Source: Dehalococcoidia bacterium (GTDB lineage: Bacteria; Chloroflexota; Dehalococcoidia; UBA2979). Taken from it: 64,000 nucleotides of DNA. A program made the position numbers and the translations under genes. Positions 48,530 through 59,347 of this stretch are shown here, piece after piece. Under the pieces are notes generated by a model. That model saw only the letters and a list, made by a program, of their open reading frames with translations. It was not told where the DNA came from and ran no database searches. Location of the stretch: assembly GCA_963667465.2 (NCBI GenBank), contig CAXXDN010000002.1, forward strand, positions 1,216,001-1,280,000, read 5' to 3'. Positions within the stretch are counted from its first letter, which is position 1; each line of letters opens with the position of its first letter.

Positions 48530-50530
48530 CTAGCCGCGGAGGTCCACCGTGAGAGTCTGATCCAGGTTCTCGTTGTCGAGCCACGTCTTGTGGAAGGCGT
48601 AGCCCCAGTCCCAGAAGCTGTGGAGGCCGATGTACGGACCGTGGAAGCGCACGAAGCGCACTTCCGGCCGCACGATGAAGATGCCTGCCGAGGCCGGCAC
48701 CTTGTCCAGCCAGTAGGCCTCTTCGTTCATCTGATCGATGATCTGCGTGAACATCTCGCGCCGCGCGTCCGTGTCGAACTCACCGAACTGCTTGTCGGCA
48801 AGGTCGTCGATGACCGCGTCCTCGATGTTGAAGTGCTGCGTCGTCGACTGGGAGTGGATGTTCTCCCAGAAGTACCCGTTCGCGGTCGGAGCCGCGGTCG
48901 ACCAGCCCTGGATCATGTCCGCGTCCCGCGCCTCGGGGTCCGAGAAGCCCTGGCTGTAGTACTGCTTCGAGAAGGCCGCGCCGTCGGCCGGCAGCATCTC
49001 CGGCGCGAAGCCGAGCGCCCGCATGTCCTCGAACAGCAGCTCCGTCTCCACGGCCGGGTTCGTGAACCCGGCTGGCGAGCGGTGGCGGATCTGGTGACCC
49101 TCCTCGACGCCGGCCGCCGCGAGCAGCTGTGCCGCCTGCTCCGGGTCGTACGGGCCGGTGCTGCCGAAGGCGTCGCGACCCGGGTACGAGTCGGAGTAGA
49201 ACGGCCAGCCGAAGGCGGGGATCGAGTCGGGGAAGCGCTGGCCCGGGTAGCGGATCGCGAGGTAGCGGTCCACATCCATGCCGAGCTTGAGGGCGCGGCG
49301 CACGCGGGTGTCGTTGAACGGCGCGACGTTGGAGTTGACCGCGAAGATGAGGATACCCATCAGCGACGGGTTGCTCATCACGTTCATGCCCGGGACGCTG
49401 CCCCACAGCGCGTCCAGTTCCTCTGTCCGCACGGAGGGCAGGCCGTGGTGCGTCTGCCCGGTGCGGAACGCGGCCTTGCGCGTCTCCGAGTCCTGGATCG
49501 TGTCGAAGTGGAACGCGTCGAGCAGCGGCGCGCCGCCCCAGTAGTCGGGGTTGGCCGCGAACACCATCCGCTGGTCCTGGACCGTGTTCTCCTTGTCGAG
49601 GATGCCGGGGCCGGTACCGATCGGCGTCGTGTCCGCGATCCCCGCGTCGTAGACCTCCGGCGGGTAGATCGGCGTCTCGCGGTTGCCCGCCACGACGAGG
49701 ATGTCCGCGTTCGGGCGCGACATGTTGAAGCGCACCGTGCGGTCGTCCACCGCCTCGGCAGACTCGAGGCCCAGCAGCAGGCCGGCCTGGCGGCCGCTCC
49801 GCATGCGCGTGTAGGCCTGCGCCACGTCGTTGGCGACCAGCGCCCGGCCGTTGACCGGCGCCACGTTGTGGTAGTTCGCCTCGCGCAGCGCGAAGGTCAG
49901 CGAGAGCCCGTCCGGGGCAACCTCCCAGCCCGTCGCCAGGCCGAAGTCCGGGTTGAGCTCCATCTGGTAGACGTTGAAGTCCGGGCCCTGGTGGTACCCG
50001 ACGAGCATGTCGCCAACCATCGTGTTGGCCGACTGTGTCAGACCGCCACCCGAGGTGATGTTGTCGAAGCTCGAGTGGATCAGCGATGTGCCGTAGGTGA
50101 GGATGCCGCCGGCGACCGGCTTCTTGTCCGGCTCCGCCCAACCGTAGGCGAAGGGCGCGCCGTCAGTGCGGGCATTGCCGATGTAGTCGTAGGACGGCTC
50201 GGTCGGATACCCGGCGCCTTCCGGCGTGGGGGCCGGGGTGGCCGTCGCCGTGGCGCCCGCCGCCGCTGTCGGCGTCGGCGTCGGCTCGGGCGTCGCGGTC
50301 CGCACGATGGCAGCGGTCGGGACGGGAGTCGCCGAGGCGGTCGGAGCCGCCGCCTGCGTCGGCGCCGGAGTTGCCGCGGGAGCGTCGTCGTCGTCGTCGC
50401 CGCAGCCGATCAAGGCTGCTGCCGTCAGGCCGGCCGCGCCGATCACGCCGCCGCGGATGACGCTGCGGCGGCTGACGCGAGACCCGATCAGCCTGGACAG
50501 CCCCTGTCCGTTGCTTGCTTGTTCTGTCAT
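48530..50530 (-). CDS. Family 5 ABC substrate-binding Tat lipoprotein (copy 1)
   Basis: Same motifs; 666 aa paralog of the same length. Confidence 0.92.
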   Translation of the reverse strand: MTEQASNGQGLSRLIGSRVSRRSVIRGGVIGAAGLTAAALIGCGDDDDDAPAATPAPTQAAAPTASATPVPTAAIVRTATPEPTPTPTAAAGATATATPAPTPEGAGYPTEPSYDYIGNARTDGAPFAYGWAEPDKKPVAGGILTYGTSLIHSSFDNITSGGGLTQSANTMVGDMLVGYHQGPDFNVYQMELNPDFGLATGWEVAPDGLSLTFALREANYHNVAPVNGRALVANDVAQAYTRMRSGRQAGLLLGLESAEAVDDRTVRFNMSRPNADILVVAGNRETPIYPPEVYDAGIADTTPIGTGPGILDKENTVQDQRMVFAANPDYWGGAPLLDAFHFDTIQDSETRKAAFRTGQTHHGLPSVRTEELDALWGSVPGMNVMSNPSLMGILIFAVNSNVAPFNDTRVRRALKLGMDVDRYLAIRYPGQRFPDSIPAFGWPFYSDSYPGRDAFGSTGPYDPEQAAQLLAAAGVEEGHQIRHRSPAGFTNPAVETELLFEDMRALGFAPEMLPADGAAFSKQYYSQGFSDPEARDADMIQGWSTAAPTANGYFWENIHSQSTTQHFNIEDAVIDDLADKQFGEFDTDARREMFTQIIDQMNEEAYWLDKVPASAGIFIVRPEVRFVRFHGPYIGLHSFWDWGYAFHKTWLDNENLDQTLTVDLRG

Positions 50531-50707
50531 GGGTCCTCCTCGATCACGAGCTCGCCCACACGCACGCAGGCACTGATGGCTATACGCCGAGTACCACCGT
50601 ACGGTTCTGTGCGTTCGCGCACAAGTACCGGCGGCGGCGGCGGATTACGATTGCCGATGCTGGATTCCGGAACTGTTCCCGAACGTCAAGCGAAGTCGTT
50701 CGTGCGG

Positions 50708-51601
50708 CTAGCGCGACCCACGCAGCCGCGGGTCCAGCACATCGCGCACGACGTCGCCGAGCAGGTTGAACGCAAGGACCGTGACCATGATCGCGATGGC
50801 CGGGAAGATCGCGAGCCAGGGCGCCAGTTCCATGAACTGGCGGCCCTTATCGCTCAGCATCAGGCCCCAGGACGGCGTCGGCGGCTGGGCGCCCATGCCG
50901 AGGAAGGCGAGCCCGGCCTCGATCAGGATCGCCGCCCCCAGGACGGTGGACATCATGATCAGGATCGGGGCCACTACGTTCGGGAGGATGTGGCGCAGCA
51001 TGATCCGGCCCGGACCGGCCCCGATCACTCTGGCCGCCTCGACGTAGACGTTCTCCTTGACGGCGAGCACGGCACTGCGGATCACGCGTGCGTTGAAGGG
51101 GATGATGATCAGGATGATCGCGATGATCCCCGTCGTCACTCCCGGAGTGAAGACCGCGGCGAAGATTAGCGCCAACACGAGCCCGGGGATCGCCAGCATC
51201 GCGTCGACAAGGCGCTGCGAGAGGAGATCCAGCCAACTACCGGCGAACCCCGACAGCAGGCCCCAGGCCGCACCCACAAGGCAGCCGCCTGCTGTGGCGA
51301 GGAACCCCACCCAGAGCGAGATCCGCGCACCATGCATCAGACGCGACAACTGGTCCCGTCCGAGGTCGTCCGTACCGAACGGATGCGACGCGCTCGGCCC
51401 CACGAGGACGTCCCGCGAGGATTGGTACGGGTCGGGGCCCACGTCGGCAAAGATCGCGCCGAGGACCAACACCGCGAGCACCGCCGTCGAGATTCCACCG
51501 ACCGGCGACTTGAAGATACGGATCGTCGCGTCCAGCGCGGGATGGCGCCCATCGGTCGCGAAATCGCGGATTGCCGGCGCCGGGGTGGTCTGCTCAGCCA
51601 C
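50708..51601 (-). CDS. Dpp/Opp ABC permease (DppC-like)
   Basis: HPFGTDDLGRD, YVEAARVIGA, HILPN, DPRLR. Confidence 0.92.
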   Translation of the reverse strand: MAEQTTPAPAIRDFATDGRHPALDATIRIFKSPVGGISTAVLAVLVLGAIFADVGPDPYQSSRDVLVGPSASHPFGTDDLGRDQLSRLMHGARISLWVGFLATAGGCLVGAAWGLLSGFAGSWLDLLSQRLVDAMLAIPGLVLALIFAAVFTPGVTTGIIAIILIIIPFNARVIRSAVLAVKENVYVEAARVIGAGPGRIMLRHILPNVVAPILIMMSTVLGAAILIEAGLAFLGMGAQPPTPSWGLMLSDKGRQFMELAPWLAIFPAIAIMVTVLAFNLLGDVVRDVLDPRLRGSR

Positions 51602-51614
51602 GCGCTGCTCCCTG

Positions 51615-52643
51615 CTATGAGTACCTGATGCGCGGGTCGATCAGCCCGTAGGCAAGATCAACCGCGAGGTTCACCAGGATGAACACGATCGACATCAGCA
51701 GCACGGTAGCCTGCACGACCGGATAGTCGCCGATCCTCACCGATTCCAGGGTGAGGCGGCCCAGGCCGGGCAGGCGGAACATCTGCTCCACGATCACGGT
51801 GCCGCCGAAGAGGAAGGTGATCTGCCCCGCCATGATGGTCAGCACGGGGATAACGGCGTTCCGCAGCGCGTGCTTCAGGATGACCGGGCGCTCCGCGAGC
51901 CCCTTGGCGCGGGCCGTTCGCACGTAGTCCTCGCGCAGCACTTCAAGCATCGTCGACCGCATCATGCGGGCGCTGATCGCGGACAACCGGTAGCCGATGA
52001 TCAGGGCCGCGAGGATCAGCGCCTGGAAGTTCGCCCACGGGTTATCGAGGATTGGTTCGTAGAGCGGCGGCAGCCACGACTGGAACAACCCGAACGTCAC
52101 ATCGTCGAGGTATACCGTCAGGAACAGGATCAGCAGGGTCCCCCACACGAAGTCAGGACCGGAAAGCCCGAGGACGGTAAAGAGCCGCGCCCCATAGTCG
52201 AGCGGGCTGTCCTGTTTCACCGCGGAGATGATGCCCAGCGGTACCGCCAGCGCAGGGGCCAGCAGCACCGCCATCAGCACAAGCTCGATGCTCAGCGGCA
52301 GGCGCGACTTGATCAGGTCGTTGATCGAGTTCCTCGTGCGCAGCGAATCCCCGAGGTCGCCGCGCAGCAGGCCACCGCCCTCGCAGCCGCCGATCGCGCT
52401 GATGTTGTTCAGGGCATCACCGAGCGCCCAGCACTTGTACTGGTGCGGCCACGAGCGATCGAGGCCCAACTCCGCACGGCGCTGGTTGAGGAACTCCTCG
52501 CTCGGGGCGCTACCGCCGTCGGAAATGGCCAGCTTCTCCACCACGTCGCCCGGGATCAGGCGCATCAGGCAGAAGATGATGACGGAGACCAGGAAGATCG
52601 TCGGAATCGCCGCAAGCAGGCGCTTGATGATGTATTGCGTCAT
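51615..52643 (-). CDS. Dpp/Opp ABC permease (DppB-like)
   Basis: YIIKRL, GDLGDS, DYVRTARAKGL, DPRIR. Confidence 0.92.
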   Translation of the reverse strand: MTQYIIKRLLAAIPTIFLVSVIIFCLMRLIPGDVVEKLAISDGGSAPSEEFLNQRRAELGLDRSWPHQYKCWALGDALNNISAIGGCEGGGLLRGDLGDSLRTRNSINDLIKSRLPLSIELVLMAVLLAPALAVPLGIISAVKQDSPLDYGARLFTVLGLSGPDFVWGTLLILFLTVYLDDVTFGLFQSWLPPLYEPILDNPWANFQALILAALIIGYRLSAISARMMRSTMLEVLREDYVRTARAKGLAERPVILKHALRNAVIPVLTIMAGQITFLFGGTVIVEQMFRLPGLGRLTLESVRIGDYPVVQATVLLMSIVFILVNLAVDLAYGLIDPRIRYS

Positions 52644-52768
52644 GCGGCCCTGCGCCCCGCTCCCGGCTGCGCCCTTCGTCGGGCGCGAGAGTTCTGCAGC
52701 GTCGGGGAGTCTCGCAATGGGCGGGGCCGATGTCAATCGGCGCGCCACCAACGAGCGTCTGGAAGCGG

Positions 52769-53434
52769 CTATTCGACGCGCTGACGATGCTCGAGGGCGC
52801 GCTCGAGCGTGACGTTGTCTGCGTACTCCAGGTCCGCGCCGGCGGGCAGACCGCGCGCGAGCCGCGTGACGCGCACGCCCAGCGGCTCGATCAGCCGCGC
52901 GAGGTACATCGCCGTCGCTTCGCCCTCGAGGTTCGGGTTCGTGGCGACGATCACCTCGGCGACAGGGACGGCCGACGCCGCTGCCGGCTCCTCCCCGTCC
53001 GCGTGCGCCGGCCGTTCGGCGCCGTCGAGCCGGCGCAGCAGCTCGCGGATTCGCAGGTCCTCGGGCCCGACGCCGTCGGCCGGCGAGATCACGCCGTGCA
53101 GCACGTGGTAGAGCCCGTGGTAGCCCTGCGTACGCTCGATCGCCACGAGGTCCAGCGGCTCCTCGACGACGCAGATGACGCTGCGGTCGCGCTGCCCGTC
53201 GAGGCAGATCGGGCAGGGGTCGCCGTCGCTGATCTGCTGGCAGCGCGAGCAGAAGACGGTGCGCTCCTTGACCTCGATCAGCGCCTCGGCGAGGTCGCGC
53301 GCCTCGCCCGCCGGCGAGCGCAGCACATGGTAGGCAAGGCGCTGCGCGGACTTCGGCCCGACGCCCGGCAGCCGCCGGAAGGCCTCGACGAGACGTGAGA
53401 TCGAGGAGCCGGTGCCGCCCTCGCGCAGCGTCAC
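52769..53434 (-). CDS. recR: Recombination protein RecR
   Basis: LPGVGPKSAQRLA, C4 zinc finger, TOPRIM ATNPNLEGEATA. Confidence 0.96.
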   Translation of the reverse strand: MTLREGGTGSSISRLVEAFRRLPGVGPKSAQRLAYHVLRSPAGEARDLAEALIEVKERTVFCSRCQQISDGDPCPICLDGQRDRSVICVVEEPLDLVAIERTQGYHGLYHVLHGVISPADGVGPEDLRIRELLRRLDGAERPAHADGEEPAAASAVPVAEVIVATNPNLEGEATAMYLARLIEPLGVRVTRLARGLPAGADLEYADNVTLERALEHRQRVE

Positions 53435-53504
53435 GACCGCCGCTCCGGGAGGGAGTGCGCCGTCGCGCGCGCTGCGTGTCTACGGGTGGATCGCACGCCG
53501 GCCG

Positions 53505-55286
<1,782 letters not shown>

Positions 55287-55415
55287 CCCATGCTCCGGCC
55301 GGGGGATTCGGCCGTCGCCGCGCGGCCAGTGTAGCAGCGCGGCGCGCCGGAGGCCGTCCGGCCGCCGTCAATCGCGCTCGCGGCGCGCAACCGTGGCCGC
55401 CTGTACCCTCGATCC

Positions 55416-55913
55416 ATGGCCTACCAGATCTCGATCGAGGTGGATGGCGCGGCGCGCGACCTCGACGTGCGCCCCGTACGCGCGATGATCCGCCGTGCGC
55501 TCGTGAGCGAGGGCCTCGACGCCGCCGCTGTCGCGCTGCTCTTCGCCGGCGACGAGTTGCTGCTGCGGCTCAACCGCGAGCACCGCGGCATCGAGGACTT
55601 CACGGACGTGCTCGCCTTCCCCGCCGAGGAAGGGGAGACGGCGCCGAACGACGATCCCCGCAGCGACGACGAACCCCCGCCGTTCCTCGGCGATATCGCC
55701 GTCTCCACGCCCGCGGTGAGCCGCCAGGCGGAGGACGCGGATCTCGCCTTCGAGACGGAGCTCCACCACGTCGTGCTGCACGGCCTGCTGCACCTGCTCG
55801 GCTACGACCACGACGCCGCGGAGGACGCGGTGGCGATGCGCGAGCGCGAGGAGGCCGTGCTCGGCGGCGAGATCCACGCCGCCGGCGGCGGTCACGGCCA
55901 GCACGGGGACTGA
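55416..55913 (+). CDS. ybeY: rRNA maturation RNase YbeY
   Basis: TDVLAF, LGDI, HGLLHLLGYDH. Confidence 0.95.
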   Translation: MAYQISIEVDGAARDLDVRPVRAMIRRALVSEGLDAAAVALLFAGDELLLRLNREHRGIEDFTDVLAFPAEEGETAPNDDPRSDDEPPPFLGDIAVSTPAVSRQAEDADLAFETELHHVVLHGLLHLLGYDHDAAEDAVAMREREEAVLGGEIHAAGGGHGQHGD

Positions 55914-56129
55914 CGGGCAGACCCCTCGAGGGCTCCGAGGCGCCTCGAAGCCTGTTGCGCACGAGGGACTCGGACGAGCCTGCGCTGCGCGCGGCTCGCA
56001 CCCACCCACCCGCCCCGGATTGTGTTCTCTGTGGGGGCTGCGCCCCCACACCCCCCGCTCCGGCATCGCCTCACAGTTCCACCTCCGGCCCCCTCTCCTG
56101 GGGGAGAGACACCCCAGGGTGCTAAGGCG

Positions 56130-57353
56130 TCAAGCGGCGAGCTGTTCGCGGTCGTGGCGGTGCGCCCAGGCGGTGGCCTCGTCGTAGGGGCGACGTGCCT
56201 TCAGGCAGCCGTGGAGGTAGCCGACGAGGCGGTTGCCGAGAGCGCGCAGCGCCTGGTGGTGGAGGTCGCCCGCGGCGCGGCGGCGGTGGTAGAAGTCATG
56301 GCAGCCGGGGCTCGCCTGCAGCGAGCAGAGCGCCCAGCGGTCCACGGCGTCGGCGAGCCGGCGGTTGCGCACGAAGCGGGCGCGCACGCTGCGCTTGCGG
56401 CCCGATGCTACGGTGAGCGGCGAGGTGCCGGCGTAGTTCCTGCGGGACTTCGCCGACTCGTAGCGTTCGGGGTCGTCCCCGAACTCGCCGAGCACCCGGG
56501 CGCCGAGCACGACACCGAGACCGGGCAGGGAACGGTAGATTGCGGCGTCCGGGTGCTGCTCAAAATGGCTCGTGAGCGCGGCCTCGAGCTCCGTAAGCTG
56601 ACGGTTGATCTCGCTGATCTGCGCGACCGCCGCGCGGGTGCTCGCGGCGAACGCCCGGCTCACGGCAGGCGGCGCCTCGAGTTGCGGGGAGCGCAGCGCG
56701 TCGCGCACCGCGGCGGCGCGCCGCTCGAGGTTGCGCTGACGTCCGCCGCGGCGCAGCGCCGAGCGGATCTTCGACGTGCTCAGGCGCGCCGCCTCGCGCG
56801 GCTCGCTCGCCCGCGCCAGCACGCCCAGGGCGTCGCCGTGCGCGAGGCTGGGGAAGGCCTGCAGGGCAGCCGGGAAATACTCCCTGAGGGCGTTGCGCAG
56901 CCGGTTGGTCTGGCGCACGCGGTCCCAGATCAGCTGCTGGTGGGCGCGGGCGAGGATGCGCACCGCGGCAGCCTCGTCGCTGTCGCCGGCCAGCGGACGG
57001 TGGTTGTGGCGGTCGGTGCGCACGAGGTCGGCGAGCAGCTTCGCGTCGGCGGCGTCGGACTTGGCGCCGCCCAGGTGGTGACGCTCACGGTAGCGCGCCG
57101 CCGAGCGGGGGTTGATCGCGTAGACGCGGTAGCCGGCCGCGAGCAGGGCCGTGACCCAGGGTCCGCGGTCGGTCTCGATGCCGACCACGACCGCGCCCGG
57201 GTCTGAGGCGTGCTCGGCAACCAGTTCGTGCAGCACGGCGACGCCCGCGACGCCCTCGGGCAGCCGCCTGGCGGCGAGCCGTTCGCCGGCCTCGTTCATG
57301 AGCTGGACATCGTGGTGGTCTTCGGACCAGTCGTCACCGACGTAGAGGGTCAT
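56130..57353 (-). CDS. IS110 DEDD recombinase/transposase
   Basis: YVGDDW, GIET, KSDAADA (DEDD); LPGLG..LGA..LGE, ASG serine motif. Confidence 0.96.
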   Translation of the reverse strand: MTLYVGDDWSEDHHDVQLMNEAGERLAARRLPEGVAGVAVLHELVAEHASDPGAVVVGIETDRGPWVTALLAAGYRVYAINPRSAARYRERHHLGGAKSDAADAKLLADLVRTDRHNHRPLAGDSDEAAAVRILARAHQQLIWDRVRQTNRLRNALREYFPAALQAFPSLAHGDALGVLARASEPREAARLSTSKIRSALRRGGRQRNLERRAAAVRDALRSPQLEAPPAVSRAFAASTRAAVAQISEINRQLTELEAALTSHFEQHPDAAIYRSLPGLGVVLGARVLGEFGDDPERYESAKSRRNYAGTSPLTVASGRKRSVRARFVRNRRLADAVDRWALCSLQASPGCHDFYHRRRAAGDLHHQALRALGNRLVGYLHGCLKARRPYDEATAWAHRHDREQLAA

Positions 57354-57359
57354 CGTGCC

Positions 57360-57590
57360 TCGCTTTCCTGCGCTTCGTGCTGCTGTTTGCGACCTGCCGG
57401 GCTGGTCCTGCGACGGCCTAATGGACCAGTGCTCTCGGGCACGACACCCCAGGAGTGCTGTGGACCACCCGGACGCACCAGCCGGGGCACGGTCTCTCCC
57501 TGGAGATCGCAGTGTCTCGGGGAGGGGCAGTGCTCACCGGCCGGCCGGTCCAAGACCAGTCTCCCAGATCGCTCCAGGGTCCGGTCGAAC
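57360..57590 (-). ncRNA. IS110 bridge RNA
   Basis: Contains segments matching both the target and the donor junction (see findings). Confidence 0.8.
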
Positions 57591-57871
57591 CCCATTAGGG
57601 AGGGGGTGAGGGGGCTCGCCGGACCCTCGAGGTTGCGCGGGGGTCACGAACGCACTCGGGCTGCCGCGCCGCCCTTGCGCCATCGAGTTCGAGGGGTTCC
57701 GCAAGAGACGCACATCCGCCTTCCGGACAGCCCGTTGCACTCCCCGTGGGAGCAGGGCCCCACAGAAACAACCGAGGGCAGGTGGGTGGGCTGGAGCCGC
57801 GCGCAGCGCGTGCTCGTCCCGGATGGGGGCGTGGGGGGCGCAGCCCCCACAAGACAGTGTGGGCAGCCTCG

Positions 57872-59347
57872 CTACGGAGTGACGATGACCAGCGTCTCGG
57901 CGGCGCGCTGGGCGGCGCCGAGCAGCGGCGCGGGGATCAGGCCGAAGAACAGCACGGCGACGGCGGCGAGGCCGAGCACGGCCTGCACCGGCGTGCTCGC
58001 GTGGAACGGCGCCTCGTCCTCGGGCTCGTCCAGCACCATCGTGCGCACCCAGCGCAGGTAGTAGAACGCCGAGACCGCCGAGTTGAGCACGGCGATGACG
58101 ACGAGCCAGACCAGCCAGTCGTGCCCGGATTGGACCGCGCTGTTGAAGACGTAGAGCTTCGCGAGGAAGCCCGCGGCCGGCGGGATGCCCGTTAGCGAGA
58201 GCAGACAGAGCACCAGCACGCCGGCAACCACCGGCGAGCGCTTCATCAGGCCGGCGTAGCCGCTCACATCCTCGACGCCGATCCGCTCCGAGACGACGAT
58301 GACGCAGAGGAACGCGCCCACGTTCGTCGCCGCGTAGGCGCCGAGGAAGAAGAGCACCGCCGAGGGCCCGGCGACGCTCCCCGCGGCCACCGCCGCGAGC
58401 CCGACTGCGATGTTGCCCGCCTGCGCGATCGAGGAGTACGCGAGCAGCCGCTTCACGTTCGTCTGCAAGATCGCGGCGGCGTTCCCGAAGCACATCGAGG
58501 CCGCCGCGAGCACGGCGATCAGCGCCGCCCAGTGCTCGGCGATGAAGGTGTCGCCGCCTCCGAGGCCGCCGTAGAAGATGCGCAGCGCGACCGCGAAGCC
58601 CGCCGCCTTCGAGGCGACCGAGAGGAAGGTGGTGACGGTCGTCGGGGAGCCCTCGTAGACGTCAGGCACCCAGGCCTGGAACGGCGCGAGCGACATCTTG
58701 AAGCCGAGCCCCGCCACGACCAGCACGAGGCCGAGCACGAGCGCCAGCTGCGTCCCGTCCGACCCCGTCTGCACGAAGGCGGCGATGCCCTCGAGCGAGG
58801 TGGTGCCGGAGAGGCCGAACAGGAAGGCGAAGCCGTAGAGCAGCACGGCGGCGGCGACGGCCCCGCTCAGCAGGTACTTGATGCCTGCCTCGGAGGATCG
58901 GTCGTCGCGAGCGATGCCGGCCAGCACGAACTGTGCAATCGAGGTCGTTTCGAGAGCCACGAAGATCGCGATCAGGTCGTTGGACTGCGCGAGCAGGACC
59001 ATCGCCCCGGTTGCCGTCAGCAGCAGCGCGAAGAACTCGGGGCGGTGCTGGACGCGCGCGAGGCCCTCGGAGGTGGCGATCACGACGGCGAGCGCGACGC
59101 CGATGAGCAGGAAGGCGAAGAACAGCGCGAAGCGGTCGACGACGACGGCGCCCGCCAGTGCGGAGCCTTCGGTGCCGGAGGCGGCCTGCACGATCGCCCA
59201 GACGCCCGCCGCGACCAGCACGAGGATGGTGATCGCGACGACGGGCGCGCGGCGCGGCGCGATCAGGTCGGCGGTCATCACGATGCCCGCGCCGAGCAGC
59301 AGCGCGAAGGCCGGGCCGATGTGGTGGATCTGTTCGTACCAGTTCAT
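57872..59347 (-). CDS. nuoN: NADH-quinone oxidoreductase subunit N
   Basis: EAGIKY, GLGFK..APFQAWVPDVYEG, KRLLAYSSI. Confidence 0.95.
   Translation of the reverse strand: MNWYEQIHHIGPAFALLLGAGIVMTADLIAPRRAPVVAITILVLVAAGVWAIVQAASGTEGSALAGAVVVDRFALFFAFLLIGVALAVVIATSEGLARVQHRPEFFALLLTATGAMVLLAQSNDLIAIFVALETTSIAQFVLAGIARDDRSSEAGIKYLLSGAVAAAVLLYGFAFLFGLSGTTSLEGIAAFVQTGSDGTQLALVLGLVLVVAGLGFKMSLAPFQAWVPDVYEGSPTTVTTFLSVASKAAGFAVALRIFYGGLGGGDTFIAEHWAALIAVLAAASMCFGNAAAILQTNVKRLLAYSSIAQAGNIAVGLAAVAAGSVAGPSAVLFFLGAYAATNVGAFLCVIVVSERIGVEDVSGYAGLMKRSPVVAGVLVLCLLSLTGIPPAAGFLAKLYVFNSAVQSGHDWLVWLVVIAVLNSAVSAFYYLRWVRTMVLDEPEDEAPFHASTPVQAVLGLAAVAVLFFGLIPAPLLGAAQRAAETLVIVTP

Larger units (their letters stand above)
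46202..50660. repeat. Tandem duplication with 2236-bp period
   Basis: 46202-48313 matches 48438-50549 closely; upstream promoter blocks partly conserved to about 50656. Confidence 0.92.
56107..57598 (-). mobile_element. IS110-family insertion sequence flanked by CT cores
   Basis: No TIRs; minus-strand left end CT|aatgggg, right end ggggtgt|CT; removal restores the hairpin ccctctcc-ccca-ggagaggg. Confidence 0.9.
55982..57851. repeat. REP-like palindrome cluster flanking the IS
   Basis: 55982-56036 inverted vs 57758-57809; gtgggggctgcgcccccac (56031) inverted vs about 57831-57850. Confidence 0.65.

Noticed and set aside
45535-51169. Very long plus-strand ORFs (968 and 1059 aa) and similar antisense ORFs elsewhere (12625-14562, 27852-29696, 2974-4851)
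   Set aside because: Shadow frames of real genes, expected at high GC
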